DNA of 64,000 nucleotides from Pragia fontium DSM 5563 = ATCC 49100 (GTDB lineage Bacteria; Pseudomonadota; Gammaproteobacteria; Enterobacterales; Enterobacteriaceae): NCBI RefSeq assembly GCF_900112475.1, contig NZ_FOLW01000008.1:146535-210534 (forward strand), given 5' to 3'. Below the pieces are notes generated by a model. The model did no database searches. It was not told where the DNA came from and saw nothing but the letters and a program-made list of their open reading frames with translations. Of this stretch, positions 1-12,107 are shown one piece after another; the first letter of the stretch is position 1, and the number at the start of each line of letters is the position of its first letter. The translations under genes were made by a program, and so were the position numbers.

Positions 1-406
<406 letters not shown>

Positions 407-704
407 CTAACCACATATTGAAAAGCCATGGTCAGCTCAAATAGGTCCTTACATTCCAATATCGTTAAATTTGATAGCTAATATCTAAACGGCATTATGG
501 TTAATTTATTAAATCCATCCCACGGATTTTTACTGACAATATAAAACTAACTGTATTATCAATAAGATTGATCTTTTTTCTGTGATGCCCCGCTAGAGAT
601 ACAACATTACTAGAGCTAAAGATAAAAACCCCGTATGATCTGTGATTCTAAAACCAGTCGGATACCAACCGTTAATCCATCAAACCCGAGAGCCTGAACA
701 TCAA

Positions 705-2468
705 ATGCAAACAACCAAGCAAACTTTTATTCCCGGTAAAGATGCGGCCCTGGAAGACTCCATCTCCCGTTTTCAACAAAAGCTCACTCAATTAGGATTT
801 AATATTGAAGAGGCTTCCTGGCTTAATCCTATCCCCAATGTTTGGTCGGTACACATTCGCGATAAGGATTGCCCTCTGTGTTTTACTAATGGCAAAGGCG
901 CAACCAAGAAAGCCGCTCTGGCCTCAGCTTTGGGTGAGTATTTCGAGCGGTTATCAACCAACTATTTCTTTGCTGACTTCTATTTGGGTAAAAACATTGC
1001 CGAGAGCGAATTTGTTCATTATCCCAATGAGAAGTGGTTTCCCCTGCCATCAGATAACAGCCTGCCTACGGGTATTCTGGATGAACAACTACATCAATTT
1101 TACGATCCAGACCAGAGTTTAGCCGCAAGCGACTTGGTTGATTTACAGTCAGGCAATGGTCAACGCGGTATTTGTGCCCTACCGTTTGTCCGTCAGTCGG
1201 ATCTTGAAACGGTTTATATTCCGATGAATATTATTGGCAACCTGTACGTTTCTAACGGTATGTCGGCCGGTAATAATCGCGATGAAGCCAGAGTTCAAGC
1301 GCTGTCAGAAATTTTTGAACGCTTTGTAAAAAACCGGATTATTGCCGAAGCCATCAGCCTGCCGGAAATTCCTAATGAAGTCATCAATCGTTATCCTCCG
1401 GTAACCGAAGCCATCGAAAAGCTGGAAGCAGAAGGCTTTCCTATCTATGCCTATGATGCATCATTAGGGGGACAATATCCGGTGATCTGTGTGGTGCTCT
1501 TTAATCCGGCTAACGGTACCTGTTTTGCCTCATTCGGCGCACACCCAGACTTTGGTGTTGCACTGGAACGTACAGTGACTGAACTCTTACAGGGTCGTAG
1601 TCTGAAAGATCTGGATGTGTTCAATGCCCCTACTTTTGATAATGAAGAAGTCGCTGAATACACCAATCTGGAAACACACTTTATCGATTCCAGCGGTTTA
1701 ATCTCGTGGGATCTGTTTAAGCAACAGCCAGACTATCCATTTGCAGATTGGAATTTCAGCGGAACCTCTGAACAAGAATTTGTTACGTTAATGCAAATTT
1801 TCCGCCAGCAACAAACCGACGTGTATATTGCAGATTATTGTCACCTTGGCGTTGATGCTTGCCGTATTATTGCTCCGGGCATGTCCGAAATCTATCCGGC
1901 AGAAGATCTGTTGATGGCCAATAACAATATGGGCCAGCATTTAAGGGATACCATTCTTAGCCTACCTTCCAGCCAATGGGAACCCGAAGCTTATCTGGCC
2001 TTGATTGAACAATTAGATCAGGAAGGCCTTGATGACTTTATTCGCATCAGAGAACTGTTAGGTATCGCTACGGGGTCTAATAACGTCTGGAGCAGTTTAC
2101 GTATTGGTGAATTGAAATCTATGCTGGCTCTGGCCGGTGGCGATCTGGATCAGGCCCTAAGCTGGGTGGAATGGACGCAGGAGTTCAATGCCTCTTTATT
2201 TACTGAAGAACGCCGTAATTATTATCGCTGCCTGCAAACCCTACTGTTGATGGTGTTGGATGCTGAAGACCGGGAACCTGAACAATTCAATCCAGCGTTC
2301 AATCGTATGTACGGGGCAGAAACCGTTACAACGGTTTGGAAAAACATTCATGGAGAACAGCGCTTTTACGGGCTTATTGATGTGGATCAAGATTTAACGG
2401 TTCTTCCTGCTCATCAATCATTGTTGCATGCTTATAATAAATTACAGATGGCTAAACGGCTGGCTTAG
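705..2468 (+). CDS. ycaO: YcaO-domain protein (ribosomal protein S12 methylthiolation accessory factor)
   Basis: 608-aa ORF. From MQTTKQTFIPGKDAALEDSI... onward it is collinear with E. coli YcaO (about 586 aa). I prefer the internal Met at 705 because the conserved N-terminus begins there. Lies upstream of focA-pflB as in E. coli. Confidence 0.85.
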   Translation: MQTTKQTFIPGKDAALEDSISRFQQKLTQLGFNIEEASWLNPIPNVWSVHIRDKDCPLCFTNGKGATKKAALASALGEYFERLSTNYFFADFYLGKNIAESEFVHYPNEKWFPLPSDNSLPTGILDEQLHQFYDPDQSLAASDLVDLQSGNGQRGICALPFVRQSDLETVYIPMNIIGNLYVSNGMSAGNNRDEARVQALSEIFERFVKNRIIAEAISLPEIPNEVINRYPPVTEAIEKLEAEGFPIYAYDASLGGQYPVICVVLFNPANGTCFASFGAHPDFGVALERTVTELLQGRSLKDLDVFNAPTFDNEEVAEYTNLETHFIDSSGLISWDLFKQQPDYPFADWNFSGTSEQEFVTLMQIFRQQQTDVYIADYCHLGVDACRIIAPGMSEIYPAEDLLMANNNMGQHLRDTILSLPSSQWEPEAYLALIEQLDQEGLDDFIRIRELLGIATGSNNVWSSLRIGELKSMLALAGGDLDQALSWVEWTQEFNASLFTEERRNYYRCLQTLLLMVLDAEDREPEQFNPAFNRMYGAETVTTVWKNIHGEQRFYGLIDVDQDLTVLPAHQSLLHAYNKLQMAKRLA

Positions 2469-2756
2469 ATAATTGATTAAATAACAAGACCCTTTATGAA
2501 AATAGAGGGTTTTGTTTTTTTATTTTTAAAAGTAAAATAAAAAGAACCAATGTTAAACATTAGTTAAATAATGCTTAATTACCCCCCATATTCAATACAA
2601 TATTTATAATTTATTAACAGTTCACAATATCATTTCACGCTCTTATTAAAATTAAATTGTAAATTTTAAAAAAAATTTTATTTAATAAATTCAATGTGAT
2701 ACGTGCAAAAATAGCATTATCCTTCCATATTCCATGGTTATAGATTTTACTCACAA

Positions 2757-2771
2757 TGATCGACATCAATT
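2757..2771. promoter_or_regulatory. Candidate FNR/CRP-family box (ATGAT-N4-ATCAA) in the focA-pfl anaerobic promoter region
   Basis: Sequence aATGATcgacATCAAt differs from the FNR consensus TTGAT-N4-ATCAA by one base. It lies about 75 bp upstream of the focA GTG, and focA-pflB is FNR-activated in enterics. Confidence 0.4.
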
Positions 2772-2842
2772 TTTACAGTATACTGCTTTGTTAATATCAC
2801 CGACGAAATTTAGTCTTTATTAGGCGCACGAGATTTTATTCA

Positions 2843-3694
2843 GTGAAAACAGAGAATCCTATTGCATCATTATCTCCAGCAGCGATGGCTCAAGTAGCCG
2901 AGAATGCCGGGATATATAAAGCAACGAAACGTCCAATCATTACATTCTGCTCAGCGATACTGGCTGGCGTCTTTATTTCTATCGCTTTTGTTTTTTATAT
3001 TACCGCAACAACCGGAACCGCCGCCGTCCCTTTCGGTATGGCAAAATTTTTGGGGGGCGTTTGCTTCTCTCTCGGTTTGATGCTGGTGGTTGCCTGTGGA
3101 ACCGACCTCTTTACCTCAACCGTCTTAACCTGCATTGCTAAAGCAACCAAACACATTACCTGGGGTCAAATGTTCCGTAACTGGACCAACGTTTACTTTG
3201 GCAACCTGGTCGGCGCATTATTATTCGTCGGAATCATCTTTCTTGCAGGTCAAATCACTGCCGCTAACGGATTATGGGGGCTAAATGTGCTGCAAACCGC
3301 CAACCATAAATTACATCATACCTTTGTAGAAGCGGTAGCTCTTGGTACACTGGCTAATCTGATGGTGTGCTTGGCCGTGTGGATGAGCTACGCAGGACGT
3401 AGTCTGACGGATAAAATGTTTGTGATGATTCTGCCCGTGGCCATGTTTGTTGCCAGCGGCTTTGAACACAGTATTGCGAATATGTTTATGATTCCAATGG
3501 GGATCGTGATTAAGAATTTTGCTGCTCCTGAGTTCTGGCAGATGATTGGCGCAACGCCGGAGCAATTTTCAAGCCTAACAGTAAGTAACTTTGTTTTCGA
3601 TAACCTTATCCCCGTCACGATTGGCAATATTATCGGTGGGTTGATGGTAGGTTTGCCTTACTGGGCAATGTATTTACGTGGTGAGAAGCACTAG
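2843..3694 (+). CDS. focA: Formate channel FocA (FNT family)
   Basis: 283 aa with GTG start. Near-collinear with E. coli FocA (…YKATKRP…FVFYITATTG…GFEHSIANMFMIPMGIV…). Confidence 0.93.
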   Translation: MKTENPIASLSPAAMAQVAENAGIYKATKRPIITFCSAILAGVFISIAFVFYITATTGTAAVPFGMAKFLGGVCFSLGLMLVVACGTDLFTSTVLTCIAKATKHITWGQMFRNWTNVYFGNLVGALLFVGIIFLAGQITAANGLWGLNVLQTANHKLHHTFVEAVALGTLANLMVCLAVWMSYAGRSLTDKMFVMILPVAMFVASGFEHSIANMFMIPMGIVIKNFAAPEFWQMIGATPEQFSSLTVSNFVFDNLIPVTIGNIIGGLMVGLPYWAMYLRGEKH

Positions 3695-3758
3695 TCCAAC
3701 GCTTCTTATCAATCAAGGTTAATTCTATTTCCTTAGTATATGAAAGGTAGGTGAAAAA

Positions 3759-6041
3759 ATGACCGAGCTTAATCAAAAGTTTGTCAAAGCATGGGAAGGA
3801 TTTAAAGACGGCGACTGGCAGAACAAAGTTGACGTTCGTGACTTCATCCAGAAAAACTACACCCCTTATGAAGGCGACGAATCTTTCTTAGCCGGTTCCA
3901 CTGAAGCAACCGATAAGCTTTGGGACAAAGTGATGGATGGCATCAAAATCGAAAACCGCACTCATGCACCGGTTGATTTTGATACTGATGTTGCTTCGAC
4001 TATTACCTCTCACGATGCTGGTTACATCACCAAAGAGCTGGAAACCATCGTTGGTTTACAGACTGATGCACCATTAAAGCGCGCCATTATCCCGTTCGGC
4101 GGCATCAAAATGGTTGAAGGTTCATGTAAAGTTTACGGTCGTGAACTGGATCCTCAACTGAAAAAAATCTTCACTGAATATCGTAAAACCCACAACCAAG
4201 GCGTTTTCGATGTTTACACTAAAGACATTCTGAACTGTCGTAAGTCTGGTATTCTGACCGGTCTGCCTGACGCTTATGGCCGTGGTCGTATCATTGGTGA
4301 CTATCGTCGTGTTGCCGTATACGGTATTGACTACCTGATGGCTGATAAATATGCCCAATTCAACTCTCTGCAAGATAAGTTGGAAAACGGCGAAGATTTA
4401 GAAATGACCATCCAACTGCGCGAAGAGATTTCTGAACAGCATCGTGCTTTGGGTCAAATGAAAGAAATGGCTGCAAAATATGGTTTCGATATTTCTGCAC
4501 CAGCAACTAACGCACGTGAAGCCGTTCAGTGGACTTACTTTGCTTATTTAGCCGCGGTTAAGTCTCAAAACGGTGCAGCAATGTCGTTTGGTCGTGTATC
4601 TACATTCCTTGACGTTTATATCGAACGCGATATTAAAAACGGTTTAATCACTGAAACCGAAGCTCAAGAACTGATCGACCACCTAGTTATGAAGCTGCGT
4701 ATGGTTCGTTTCCTACGTACTCCTGAATATGATGAGCTGTTCTCTGGTGACCCAATCTGGGCAACGGAATCTCTAGCAGGTATGGGTGTTGATGGTCGTA
4801 CTCTGGTTTCTAAAACCAGCTTCCGTTTCCTGAACACGCTATACACCATGGGTCCATCTCCGGAACCAAACATGACCATCCTGTGGTCAGAAAAACTGCC
4901 TTTAGCATTCAAAAAATATGCGGCTAAAGTGTCTATCGATACCTCATCTGTACAGTATGAGAACGATGACCTGATGCGCCCTGACTTCAACAACGATGAC
5001 TATGCTATCGCGTGTTGTGTAAGTCCAATGATCGTTGGTAAGCAAATGCAGTTCTTCGGTGCTCGTGCAAACTTGGCCAAGACCATGCTTTATGCTATCA
5101 ACGGCGGTGTGGATGAGAAGTTAAAAATGCAGGTTGGCCCTAAAGAAGCGCCAATGATGGACGACGTTCTGGAATACAACAAAGTCATGGAGCGTTTAGA
5201 CCACTTCATGGACTGGTTAGCAAAACAGTATGTGACTTCACTCAACATCATCCACTATATGCATGATAAATACAGCTATGAAGCTGCTTTGATGGCGCTT
5301 CACGATCGTGATGTTGTGCGTACTATGGCGTGTGGTATTGCCGGTCTGTCTGTTGCTGCTGACTCACTGTCTGCAATCAAGTACGCTAAAGTTAAACCTG
5401 TTCGTGATGAAGACGGCTTAGCGGTTGACTTTGAAATTGAAGGTGAGTATCCACAGTTCGGTAACAACGACTCTCGCGTTGATGATATCGCCTGTGATCT
5501 GGTTGAACGTTTCATGAAGAAAATTCAGAAACTGCGTACCTATCGCCACTCGATCCCAACTCAGTCAGTTCTGACCATCACTTCTAACGTTGTTTATGGT
5601 AAGAAAACCGGTAATACGCCTGATGGACGTCGTGCTGGCGCACCATTCGGACCAGGTGCTAACCCAATGCACGGCCGTGACCAGAAAGGTGCAGTTGCCT
5701 CTCTGACTTCCGTTGCTAAACTACCGTTTGCTTACGCCAAAGATGGTATTTCTTATACCTTCTCTATCGTACCAAACGCACTGGGTAAAGATGATGACGT
5801 TCGTAAAGCTAACCTTGCCGGCCTGATGGATGGATATTTCCACCATGAAGCGAGCATCGAAGGTGGTCAGCATCTAAACGTTAACGTTATGAACCGTGAA
5901 ATGCTGTTAGATGCAATGGAAAATCCTGAGAAGTATCCTCAGTTAACCATCCGCGTATCTGGTTATGCTGTACGTTTTAACTCGCTGACTAAAGAGCAGC
6001 AACAAGACGTTATCACTCGTACATTTACTCAAACCATCTAA
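3759..6041 (+). CDS. pflB: Pyruvate formate-lyase (formate C-acetyltransferase)
   Basis: 760 aa. Glycyl-radical motif RVSGYAVRF near the C-terminus. Start [15 protein letters not shown] is preceded by a GGTAGGTGA SD. Confidence 0.97.
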   Translation: MTELNQKFVKAWEGFKDGDWQNKVDVRDFIQKNYTPYEGDESFLAGSTEATDKLWDKVMDGIKIENRTHAPVDFDTDVASTITSHDAGYITKELETIVGLQTDAPLKRAIIPFGGIKMVEGSCKVYGRELDPQLKKIFTEYRKTHNQGVFDVYTKDILNCRKSGILTGLPDAYGRGRIIGDYRRVAVYGIDYLMADKYAQFNSLQDKLENGEDLEMTIQLREEISEQHRALGQMKEMAAKYGFDISAPATNAREAVQWTYFAYLAAVKSQNGAAMSFGRVSTFLDVYIERDIKNGLITETEAQELIDHLVMKLRMVRFLRTPEYDELFSGDPIWATESLAGMGVDGRTLVSKTSFRFLNTLYTMGPSPEPNMTILWSEKLPLAFKKYAAKVSIDTSSVQYENDDLMRPDFNNDDYAIACCVSPMIVGKQMQFFGARANLAKTMLYAINGGVDEKLKMQVGPKEAPMMDDVLEYNKVMERLDHFMDWLAKQYVTSLNIIHYMHDKYSYEAALMALHDRDVVRTMACGIAGLSVAADSLSAIKYAKVKPVRDEDGLAVDFEIEGEYPQFGNNDSRVDDIACDLVERFMKKIQKLRTYRHSIPTQSVLTITSNVVYGKKTGNTPDGRRAGAPFGPGANPMHGRDQKGAVASLTSVAKLPFAYAKDGISYTFSIVPNALGKDDDVRKANLAGLMDGYFHHEASIEGGQHLNVNVMNREMLLDAMENPEKYPQLTIRVSGYAVRFNSLTKEQQQDVITRTFTQTI

Positions 6042-6080
6042 CTGGTGATATTGATTTAGACGGTGATAGTAACGTTAAAA

Positions 6081-6106
6081 GCCCCACTTTCTAGTGGGGC
6101 TTTTTT
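6081..6106 (+). terminator. Rho-independent terminator of pflB
   Basis: gccccact-ttct-agtggggc followed by TTTTTT. Confidence 0.85.
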
Positions 6107-6339
6107 ATTCCCTATTCCGCCCAACATGTGTTTATACATAAAAGATATTTATCACGCATTTTATAGCGAATAAAGGTAAGATCGTGACTGCGGATATCGA
6201 ACAATTACGCCAACAATAAACGATGATTTAGCCATACTAAATACAAAATTTGACACCACATGAGTATGTTAAACTCATTAATGTCAACGCCCAGAGTAAT
6301 ATCTACTTTTCAGCACCATACAGAACTATTTGGAATTTT

Positions 6340-7137
6340 ATGAGCAACGTAACAGACCGTTTATCACCAGAACCTCTGATGCCTGATGAGCATAACCAAC
6401 CGGTACAAGGCCGCATTCACTCCTTTGAATCCTGCGGTACCGTTGATGGGCCGGGTATTCGCTTTATCGTTTTCTTTCAGGGTTGTCTGATGCGCTGTCT
6501 TTACTGCCATAACCGCGATACCTGGGATACACACGGTGGTAAAGAAGTGGCGGTTGACGATCTTATGAAAGAAATCGTTACCTATCGCCACTTTATGAAT
6601 GCCTCTGGTGGTGGCGTAACCGCTTCCGGCGGTGAAGCAGTTCTACAGGCTGAGTTTGTTCGCGATTGGTTCCGAGCCTGTAGAGCCGAAGGCATTCATA
6701 CCTGTCTGGACACTAACGGTTTTGTGCGCCGCTATGATGCGGTAATTGATGAATTACTGGACGTTACCGATCTGGTGATGCTGGACTTAAAACAATTAGA
6801 CGATAGCGTTCACCAGAATCTGGTGGGGGTATCCAACCATCGTACCCTCGAGTTTGCCCGCCATCTGGCCAAACGCGGTCAAAAAACCTGGATACGCTAT
6901 GTGGTGGTTCCGGGCTGGTCGGATGATGAGAAGTCTACCCGCATGTTAGGCGAATTCACCAAAGATATGACCAACATTGAAAAAATTGAGCTATTGCCTT
7001 ACCACGAGCTAGGTAAACATAAATGGATTGCTATGGGTGAGGAATATGGGTTAGAAGGCGTTAAACCCCCTACCAAAGAAATGATGGATCGGGTTAAATC
7101 CATTCTTGAAGAATATGGGCACAAAGTCATTTACTAA
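6340..7137 (+). CDS. pflA: Pyruvate formate-lyase activating enzyme (radical SAM)
   Basis: …[19 protein letters not shown]…[14 protein letters not shown]… is the radical-SAM CX3CX2C motif, collinear with E. coli PflA. The start is uncertain: candidates are 6250, 6340 and 6379, and none has a good SD. I chose 6340 (MSNVTDRL). Confidence 0.85.
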   Translation: MSNVTDRLSPEPLMPDEHNQPVQGRIHSFESCGTVDGPGIRFIVFFQGCLMRCLYCHNRDTWDTHGGKEVAVDDLMKEIVTYRHFMNASGGGVTASGGEAVLQAEFVRDWFRACRAEGIHTCLDTNGFVRRYDAVIDELLDVTDLVMLDLKQLDDSVHQNLVGVSNHRTLEFARHLAKRGQKTWIRYVVVPGWSDDEKSTRMLGEFTKDMTNIEKIELLPYHELGKHKWIAMGEEYGLEGVKPPTKEMMDRVKSILEEYGHKVIY

Positions 7138-7161
7138 CGCAAATACCAGACAAGGATAGTT

Positions 7162-7803
7162 ATGCAAAACACATCAGGAAATGGGATAAGCACTCACGTT
7201 CCGCCAGAAGTTCAAGGTTGGAACTGGGGAGCATTCTTCCTTCATTTTATTTGGGGTATTGGCAACAATACCTTTATCGCATTCTTAATCTTCGTGCCGT
7301 TCGTCAATTTAGCCATGCCTTTTATACTTGGCGCTAAAGGTAATGAATGGGCGTGGCGCAATCGTCACTGGGCCAGTATTGAAGAATTCAAACGCGTCCA
7401 ACGCTTATGGTCCCGCTGGGCTATTGGCATCTTTATTACCATCACTCTATTTTTTGCCCTGCTCTTTACCACAATATATTGGGCGGTGACGTCCGCCTTA
7501 AAAAGCTCAGAGATTTATCAGCAAAGCGTGATTTTAGTAAAGTCTAATCCATCCGCTATGCAAGCCCTAGGCTCCCCGATTTCTACCGGTACTCCAAGAG
7601 GTAATATTTCGGTCAACGGAGACTTCGGTGAAGCAAAAATCAGCTTTAGTATTGAAGGGAGCAAAACCAGTGGTATTCTCTACGTCTCCGCAGAGAAAGA
7701 ATGGGGCACCTGGCAGATGCATTATAATAAACTCAGACTGGATAATTCCGGTGAAATTATCGATCTGCTAACGACAGAACAAGAATCCCAGCCTGACCTG
7801 TAA
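7162..7803 (+). CDS. Hypothetical inner-membrane protein with two predicted TM helices and a soluble C-terminal domain
   Basis: 213 aa. N-terminal GWNWGAFFLHFIWGIGNNTF / GAKGNEWAWRNRHW hydrophobic module. No equivalent in the E. coli pflA-ycaD interval. Confidence 0.5.
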   Translation: MQNTSGNGISTHVPPEVQGWNWGAFFLHFIWGIGNNTFIAFLIFVPFVNLAMPFILGAKGNEWAWRNRHWASIEEFKRVQRLWSRWAIGIFITITLFFALLFTTIYWAVTSALKSSEIYQQSVILVKSNPSAMQALGSPISTGTPRGNISVNGDFGEAKISFSIEGSKTSGILYVSAEKEWGTWQMHYNKLRLDNSGEIIDLLTTEQESQPDL

Positions 7804-7850
7804 ATAACGTTACTCAGAATCAACTCACCATCAGGAATAGGATTATCGCC

Positions 7851-8255
7851 ATGACTATTAGCTATAAAAACGATGCTCTCCTTACGCCAGAAATCGTGAT
7901 TGCTCTCTATCGTAAATGTTCCCTTGGTGAAAGACGCCCGGTTGATAAGCCTGAGGTGTTTAAAAAAATGATCGATAATTCCAACCTAATCATTACCGCT
8001 TGGGATGGCAGTAAATTGGTTGGCATTGCCCGCAGCCTGAGTGATTTTAGCTACGTAACCTATCTGGCTGATTTGGCGGTTGATGAAAGCTACCAGAAGC
8101 AAGGTATCGGGAAACAGTTAATGAGAGAAATGCAGAAATGCACACCGGCAGGCTGTAAAATTGTGTTACTGGCAGCACCAACGGCAAACGATTATTACCC
8201 TGCCCTTGGGTTTGAACATAATCCAAGAGCCTGGATATTAGATAGCCCCCTGTAA
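7851..8255 (+). CDS. GNAT-family N-acetyltransferase
   Basis: 134 aa. Q/RxxGxG/A-like acetyl-CoA motif QKQGIGKQLM, which is typical of the GNAT fold. Confidence 0.7.
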   Translation: MTISYKNDALLTPEIVIALYRKCSLGERRPVDKPEVFKKMIDNSNLIITAWDGSKLVGIARSLSDFSYVTYLADLAVDESYQKQGIGKQLMREMQKCTPAGCKIVLLAAPTANDYYPALGFEHNPRAWILDSPL

Positions 8256-8258
8256 TGA

Positions 8259-9404
8259 CTACTGCATTGCTAAAGGGTTGTGGTGGCGATCGGCCTTACT
8301 GAACAGCATCGCCATAAATATAACCGCAGCAACGGCAATAACGATAAACAATTGCCGATCTGAATAGTACTGCATTAAAGCAGCTGTTAGCGCAGGTCCC
8401 GCCAAGCTTCCTACCGTATAGCTTAGTAATAATGTTTGATTCATCGCAACCAGCTCATCCGGAGCGGCTTTTTCACAAGCCCATGCCATGGCTATCGGAT
8501 AAAGGGTAAAACCGGCTAATCCCAACATAAAGAGTGCTGGAGCCAACGAATAGCTATTCAATACCGCCAGTGAACTCATAATGATAGCGAACACCTGAAT
8601 ACGTAGAACAAATAACCGGCCATAGCGATCGGCCATGCGGCCCATTGGCAATTGTCCCATAATACCGGCGCAAACCATAAGTGCCATCCAATACCCTACA
8701 TCCGCATCCTGATATCCACTATGGGCAAGATATAACGGCAATAAACCGTACAGTGACCCCAGCACAACACCAGAAATCACACAGCCATTAATGCCCAACC
8801 GAGCATCACGACGCTTTAACATCCCCCAAATATGCTGCTGCTTACCTTCAGCCTTTGGCTTTTCGAAACGGGCAAATAATAACGGTAGAATGGCCGCCAG
8901 CAATATTGCAATAACCCAAGGTAAAACACTGCTCAGTAACGTAGGCACCACGCCCAACAACAGTTGACCGAACAGCGTTCCGGCGTAATAAACCACCATA
9001 TAAGCCGCCAGCAATTGTCCACGGACTTTAATGGTACCGCTGCGTAATAACGCACTTTCCACCACTACCCAGATAATTGCACAGGCGATACCGGCGATCA
9101 GACGCCATAACGTCCAGCTCATAAAGCTGACCGAGATACCCAGTAACAACGTGGCTACGGTAAATAAAATGCAGGCATAATGGTAAGTACGATTAAAACC
9201 AAATCTGTTAATACAAAAACCAGCAACTAATGTTCCCACCAAATTGCCAGTAAAATACGATGAGCTAACTACACCGATTTGCCAGGTAGACAAGGCGTCA
9301 TGAATTAACCAAAGGGGAACCAGCGTATTTAATACCGCCATTGATGTGGTAAATAACAGTAGCCCAGCCAACAGTAACAGCACAGGGCGAGTAAACGCAG
9401 ACAT
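8259..9404 (-). CDS. ycaD: MFS transporter
   Basis: 381 aa with 12 predicted TM helices. Position and orientation next to the pfl locus match E. coli ycaD. Confidence 0.8.
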   Translation of the reverse strand: MSAFTRPVLLLLAGLLLFTTSMAVLNTLVPLWLIHDALSTWQIGVVSSSYFTGNLVGTLVAGFCINRFGFNRTYHYACILFTVATLLLGISVSFMSWTLWRLIAGIACAIIWVVVESALLRSGTIKVRGQLLAAYMVVYYAGTLFGQLLLGVVPTLLSSVLPWVIAILLAAILPLLFARFEKPKAEGKQQHIWGMLKRRDARLGINGCVISGVVLGSLYGLLPLYLAHSGYQDADVGYWMALMVCAGIMGQLPMGRMADRYGRLFVLRIQVFAIIMSSLAVLNSYSLAPALFMLGLAGFTLYPIAMAWACEKAAPDELVAMNQTLLLSYTVGSLAGPALTAALMQYYSDRQLFIVIAVAAVIFMAMLFSKADRHHNPLAMQ

Positions 9405-9623
9405 TGTTTTGCCAAACGGGTGAGACCAATAATGATGCGCATCATCCCACTACGATATTAAAAGTCAATCTGCAAAATGACAGCAAATGAATTAATCATC
9501 ATGGTTTCATACTCGAACCATTTATTTCCATAAAATACAAATAGTTAAAATTTAATTGTTCATTTATTTTTTTAGTTTTTCTGGTTATAAAAAAACGATT
9601 AACGCTATACAAACAATATAAAA

Positions 9624-9650
9624 GCGGTACCAATAATATATTGGTACCGC
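9624..9650 (-). terminator. Perfect 11-bp stem-loop (gcggtaccaat / attggtaccgc) about 130 bp downstream of the usher-like gene; likely a bidirectional terminator
   Basis: Stem 9624-9634 and 9640-9650 with loop aatat. A-rich on the plus strand to the left, giving a U-tract for the minus-strand transcript. Confidence 0.6.
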
Positions 9651-9779
9651 ATCATAATAACTCGCGAAATAACCCTATAATAACGACAGGTTATATTTTT
9701 CTTTCTATAGTCAGGCTGATTCTAAAGTTAATCATCATTCTAACTCCCCCCTGTTTTCAGACCACAGTCATTCAAATAG

Positions 9780-12095
9780 CTATTGTCCAAAATTGAGTGC
9801 TGCATCAATAGCCGCTCTTCGGTTAGATTGTTGCTGATGGTTTTCCTTAGATTCACGTTCAGAGCCGTTGTTTATCGCCTCCTGTACCTGGCTATCAAAA
9901 TTAATCGCTTCATCAATGGCTGACTGTCTGATGAGTTGCTGTTGCTTGTTATCCGGCGTGAATTTCGCAAAAACAACAGCACCGCGAGTGGGAATCACAC
10001 TCGTGGACGACTCTGTCATGGTCATGCCTTCAGGTAAATCAAAGTCATCAACGCTAAGCGTATTTTCCCGATAAGGTGTCAGATAGCTCACCAACGCATA
10101 ACCCCGGCTATCCGTCGTCACACCAAACTGATTATTGACGCCAACATCTTTGGTAGAGGTAACCTCAACCAATCCCATGGTTTCTCCCAGACTTTGCCCC
10201 AACGTAATACCACCGGCATGAGCCATTAAACTTCCTTCAATATCGGCATTATATTGGGTTACTGCACTGCCTTTAGTCGCCCCTAAACTCAATTGACCCG
10301 CATTATGTTGATATTGAATGCTGCCATTCACATTATCACCGTAGCGCGAATCATGCTGGGTGCCTAGCTGATAGCCAAGACTATAATTCTCCAGGGCGTA
10401 ACCACTTATGCCTATGTCACGGTTCTGTGAGCCATTATGGGCAGCCGTTTGCGAATAGTTCAGCTTCATGTTGCTTGAATCAAATATATTCAATGGAATA
10501 CTGACTCTCACATTAATTTCAGATGTCGTGTCCTGATCGGGATAGCGGTTATAGCTCGCATATACGTTATAATTGATATCATTAATCTCATCTGAAAAAC
10601 CAAACGAAATGCTGGTTTCTTTATTATGATCTTGTTTCCGATAGGTCTCCTGATAAAGCGTGAGGTAAACGTTAGCTTTTTCAGTTAAATTTCGGTTTAA
10701 GTTAACTTCCCAGCGATAGCGTTTTTCAGCCTCTTCCTCACCATCCCACACCCCGTCATCCCAATCCCACCACCAGGTTTTTTGCTGAGTAATGGCCCGA
10801 TCAAAATCCCGATAACGTTGCCCGGCAGGATAATAACGAAACTGCGTCATTAAACTGGTTTCAGCACTAAAGAAGGCTTTAGCATAGCGAAGCCGATACA
10901 TACCGCCCTTATCGTCTTCTGCTCGCCGAGGCTGCTGGGCTTTACTCTGACTATAGTCAATGGAAATCGCTCCCCATTGATTCAGATTTTTACCCAAGCC
11001 TATCGCATGGTTTTGGTAAATATCAGATTTAATGCCACCGCCAAACAATGAAATATTACCGGGTAGTCCCCAGTTAGCGGCCACTTGAGTAAATCGGGGT
11101 TCTTCATCATCACTCCCCCGCCAGGGTTTATAAGTCCCGACAATAGTTTGATAGCTAAAATTTCCCGAGTGAACCAAATTCGGCAGCGCCGTATAAGGTA
11201 GAGAACGGACGGTTTCGGTCCCGTTACTCTCTTTAATGGTCATCTCCAAATCACCATCAACTTCTGGCGGAGAAACGTCACGAAGGATAAAAGCCCCAGG
11301 CGGAACAAAGGTTTGATAAATAACGGTGCCATTCTGCCTTACGGTTATCTCCGCATTACTGTTAGCAAAACCTTTTAACCATGGCGAAAAAGAACGCCAA
11401 CTGTCCGGCAGCATTTTTTCATCGGTTTTTAACATGATTCCGCGAAACGGCAGGCTTTTAAACAGGTTGGATGGCGTATTGGCATCGCCCAATACCAAAC
11501 TGCTGCCGATGCTTTTGATATCCCTGGCTAAATACATATCACGACTATAAGAGCCATGGTCACCATAGGCATCACGAAAAATGGTAGAATGATGGCGTAG
11601 TCGCCAAGCATCCAGATTTAAGCCAGACTCTAGTTCTACATAAGTGCTGCTGTTATTCTCCTGATACTGAAAAGCCTCCCCTTCATTAAAAGCATAGTTG
11701 AGATGATAATTAACAAATAAAGCATTAACTCCATCACTCCAGCTACTTATATCAATTTTATCTTTTTGTGACTCAATGAGCGTCTGGGGAATATCAACTA
11801 TCGTTAGTGAAACAGAGGCGTCGTTGAAATAAAAAATATTCAAACGATCCAGTTCATCCTTAGGCAGGCAGCCTGAAGGCGTAAAGTTAAATTTAGATGA
11901 GAATGCCGGTTTCACGCCCCAAGTCTCTAGCAATGAACGCTTCAGACAAGGAAGATCATCCGTAATCTCTAATTCTATTTGCCCCATATCAAGGTTATTG
12001 ACGATAACCCACTGATTATTCATTTGAGCCTTAACAGAACCCATAGAAATAGTGAGCCAACAACTGGCAAAAGCGATTGAACGAGTTAGCTGCAT
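9780..12095 (-). CDS. Fimbrial usher (PapC/FimD family) outer-membrane protein, orphan and lacking the second C-terminal domain
   Basis: 771 aa with a signal peptide. The N-terminal domain motif …DLPCLKRSLLETWGVKP…GCLPKDELDRL…LTIVDIPQ resembles the FimD NTD. The C-terminal region GYALVSYLTPYRENTLSVDDFDL…SVIPTRGAVVFAKF closely resembles FimD CTD1 (GYAVVPYATEYRENRVALD…VVPTRGAIVRAEF). The protein then ends in a Q-rich tail where CTD2 would be. Confidence 0.7.
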   Translation of the reverse strand: MQLTRSIAFASCWLTISMGSVKAQMNNQWVIVNNLDMGQIELEITDDLPCLKRSLLETWGVKPAFSSKFNFTPSGCLPKDELDRLNIFYFNDASVSLTIVDIPQTLIESQKDKIDISSWSDGVNALFVNYHLNYAFNEGEAFQYQENNSSTYVELESGLNLDAWRLRHHSTIFRDAYGDHGSYSRDMYLARDIKSIGSSLVLGDANTPSNLFKSLPFRGIMLKTDEKMLPDSWRSFSPWLKGFANSNAEITVRQNGTVIYQTFVPPGAFILRDVSPPEVDGDLEMTIKESNGTETVRSLPYTALPNLVHSGNFSYQTIVGTYKPWRGSDDEEPRFTQVAANWGLPGNISLFGGGIKSDIYQNHAIGLGKNLNQWGAISIDYSQSKAQQPRRAEDDKGGMYRLRYAKAFFSAETSLMTQFRYYPAGQRYRDFDRAITQQKTWWWDWDDGVWDGEEEAEKRYRWEVNLNRNLTEKANVYLTLYQETYRKQDHNKETSISFGFSDEINDINYNVYASYNRYPDQDTTSEINVRVSIPLNIFDSSNMKLNYSQTAAHNGSQNRDIGISGYALENYSLGYQLGTQHDSRYGDNVNGSIQYQHNAGQLSLGATKGSAVTQYNADIEGSLMAHAGGITLGQSLGETMGLVEVTSTKDVGVNNQFGVTTDSRGYALVSYLTPYRENTLSVDDFDLPEGMTMTESSTSVIPTRGAVVFAKFTPDNKQQQLIRQSAIDEAINFDSQVQEAINNGSERESKENHQQQSNRRAAIDAALNFGQ

Positions 12096-12107
12096 ACTGG
12101 ATACACA

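Noticed and set aside
6250-6339. ORF-track start of pflA at 6250, which adds 30 residues at the N-terminus
   Set aside because: The extension ([20 protein letters not shown]…) has no similarity to PflA N-termini and overlaps the expected pflA promoter and terminator region of pflB. I preferred the internal Met at 6340, but the start remains uncertain.
9780-12095. Annotating the usher as part of a functional chaperone-usher fimbrial operon
   Set aside because: No periplasmic chaperone (PapD-like) or pilin or adhesin ORFs occur within 10 kb on either side. The neighbours are an MFS transporter, a DUF1090 protein and a two-component system.
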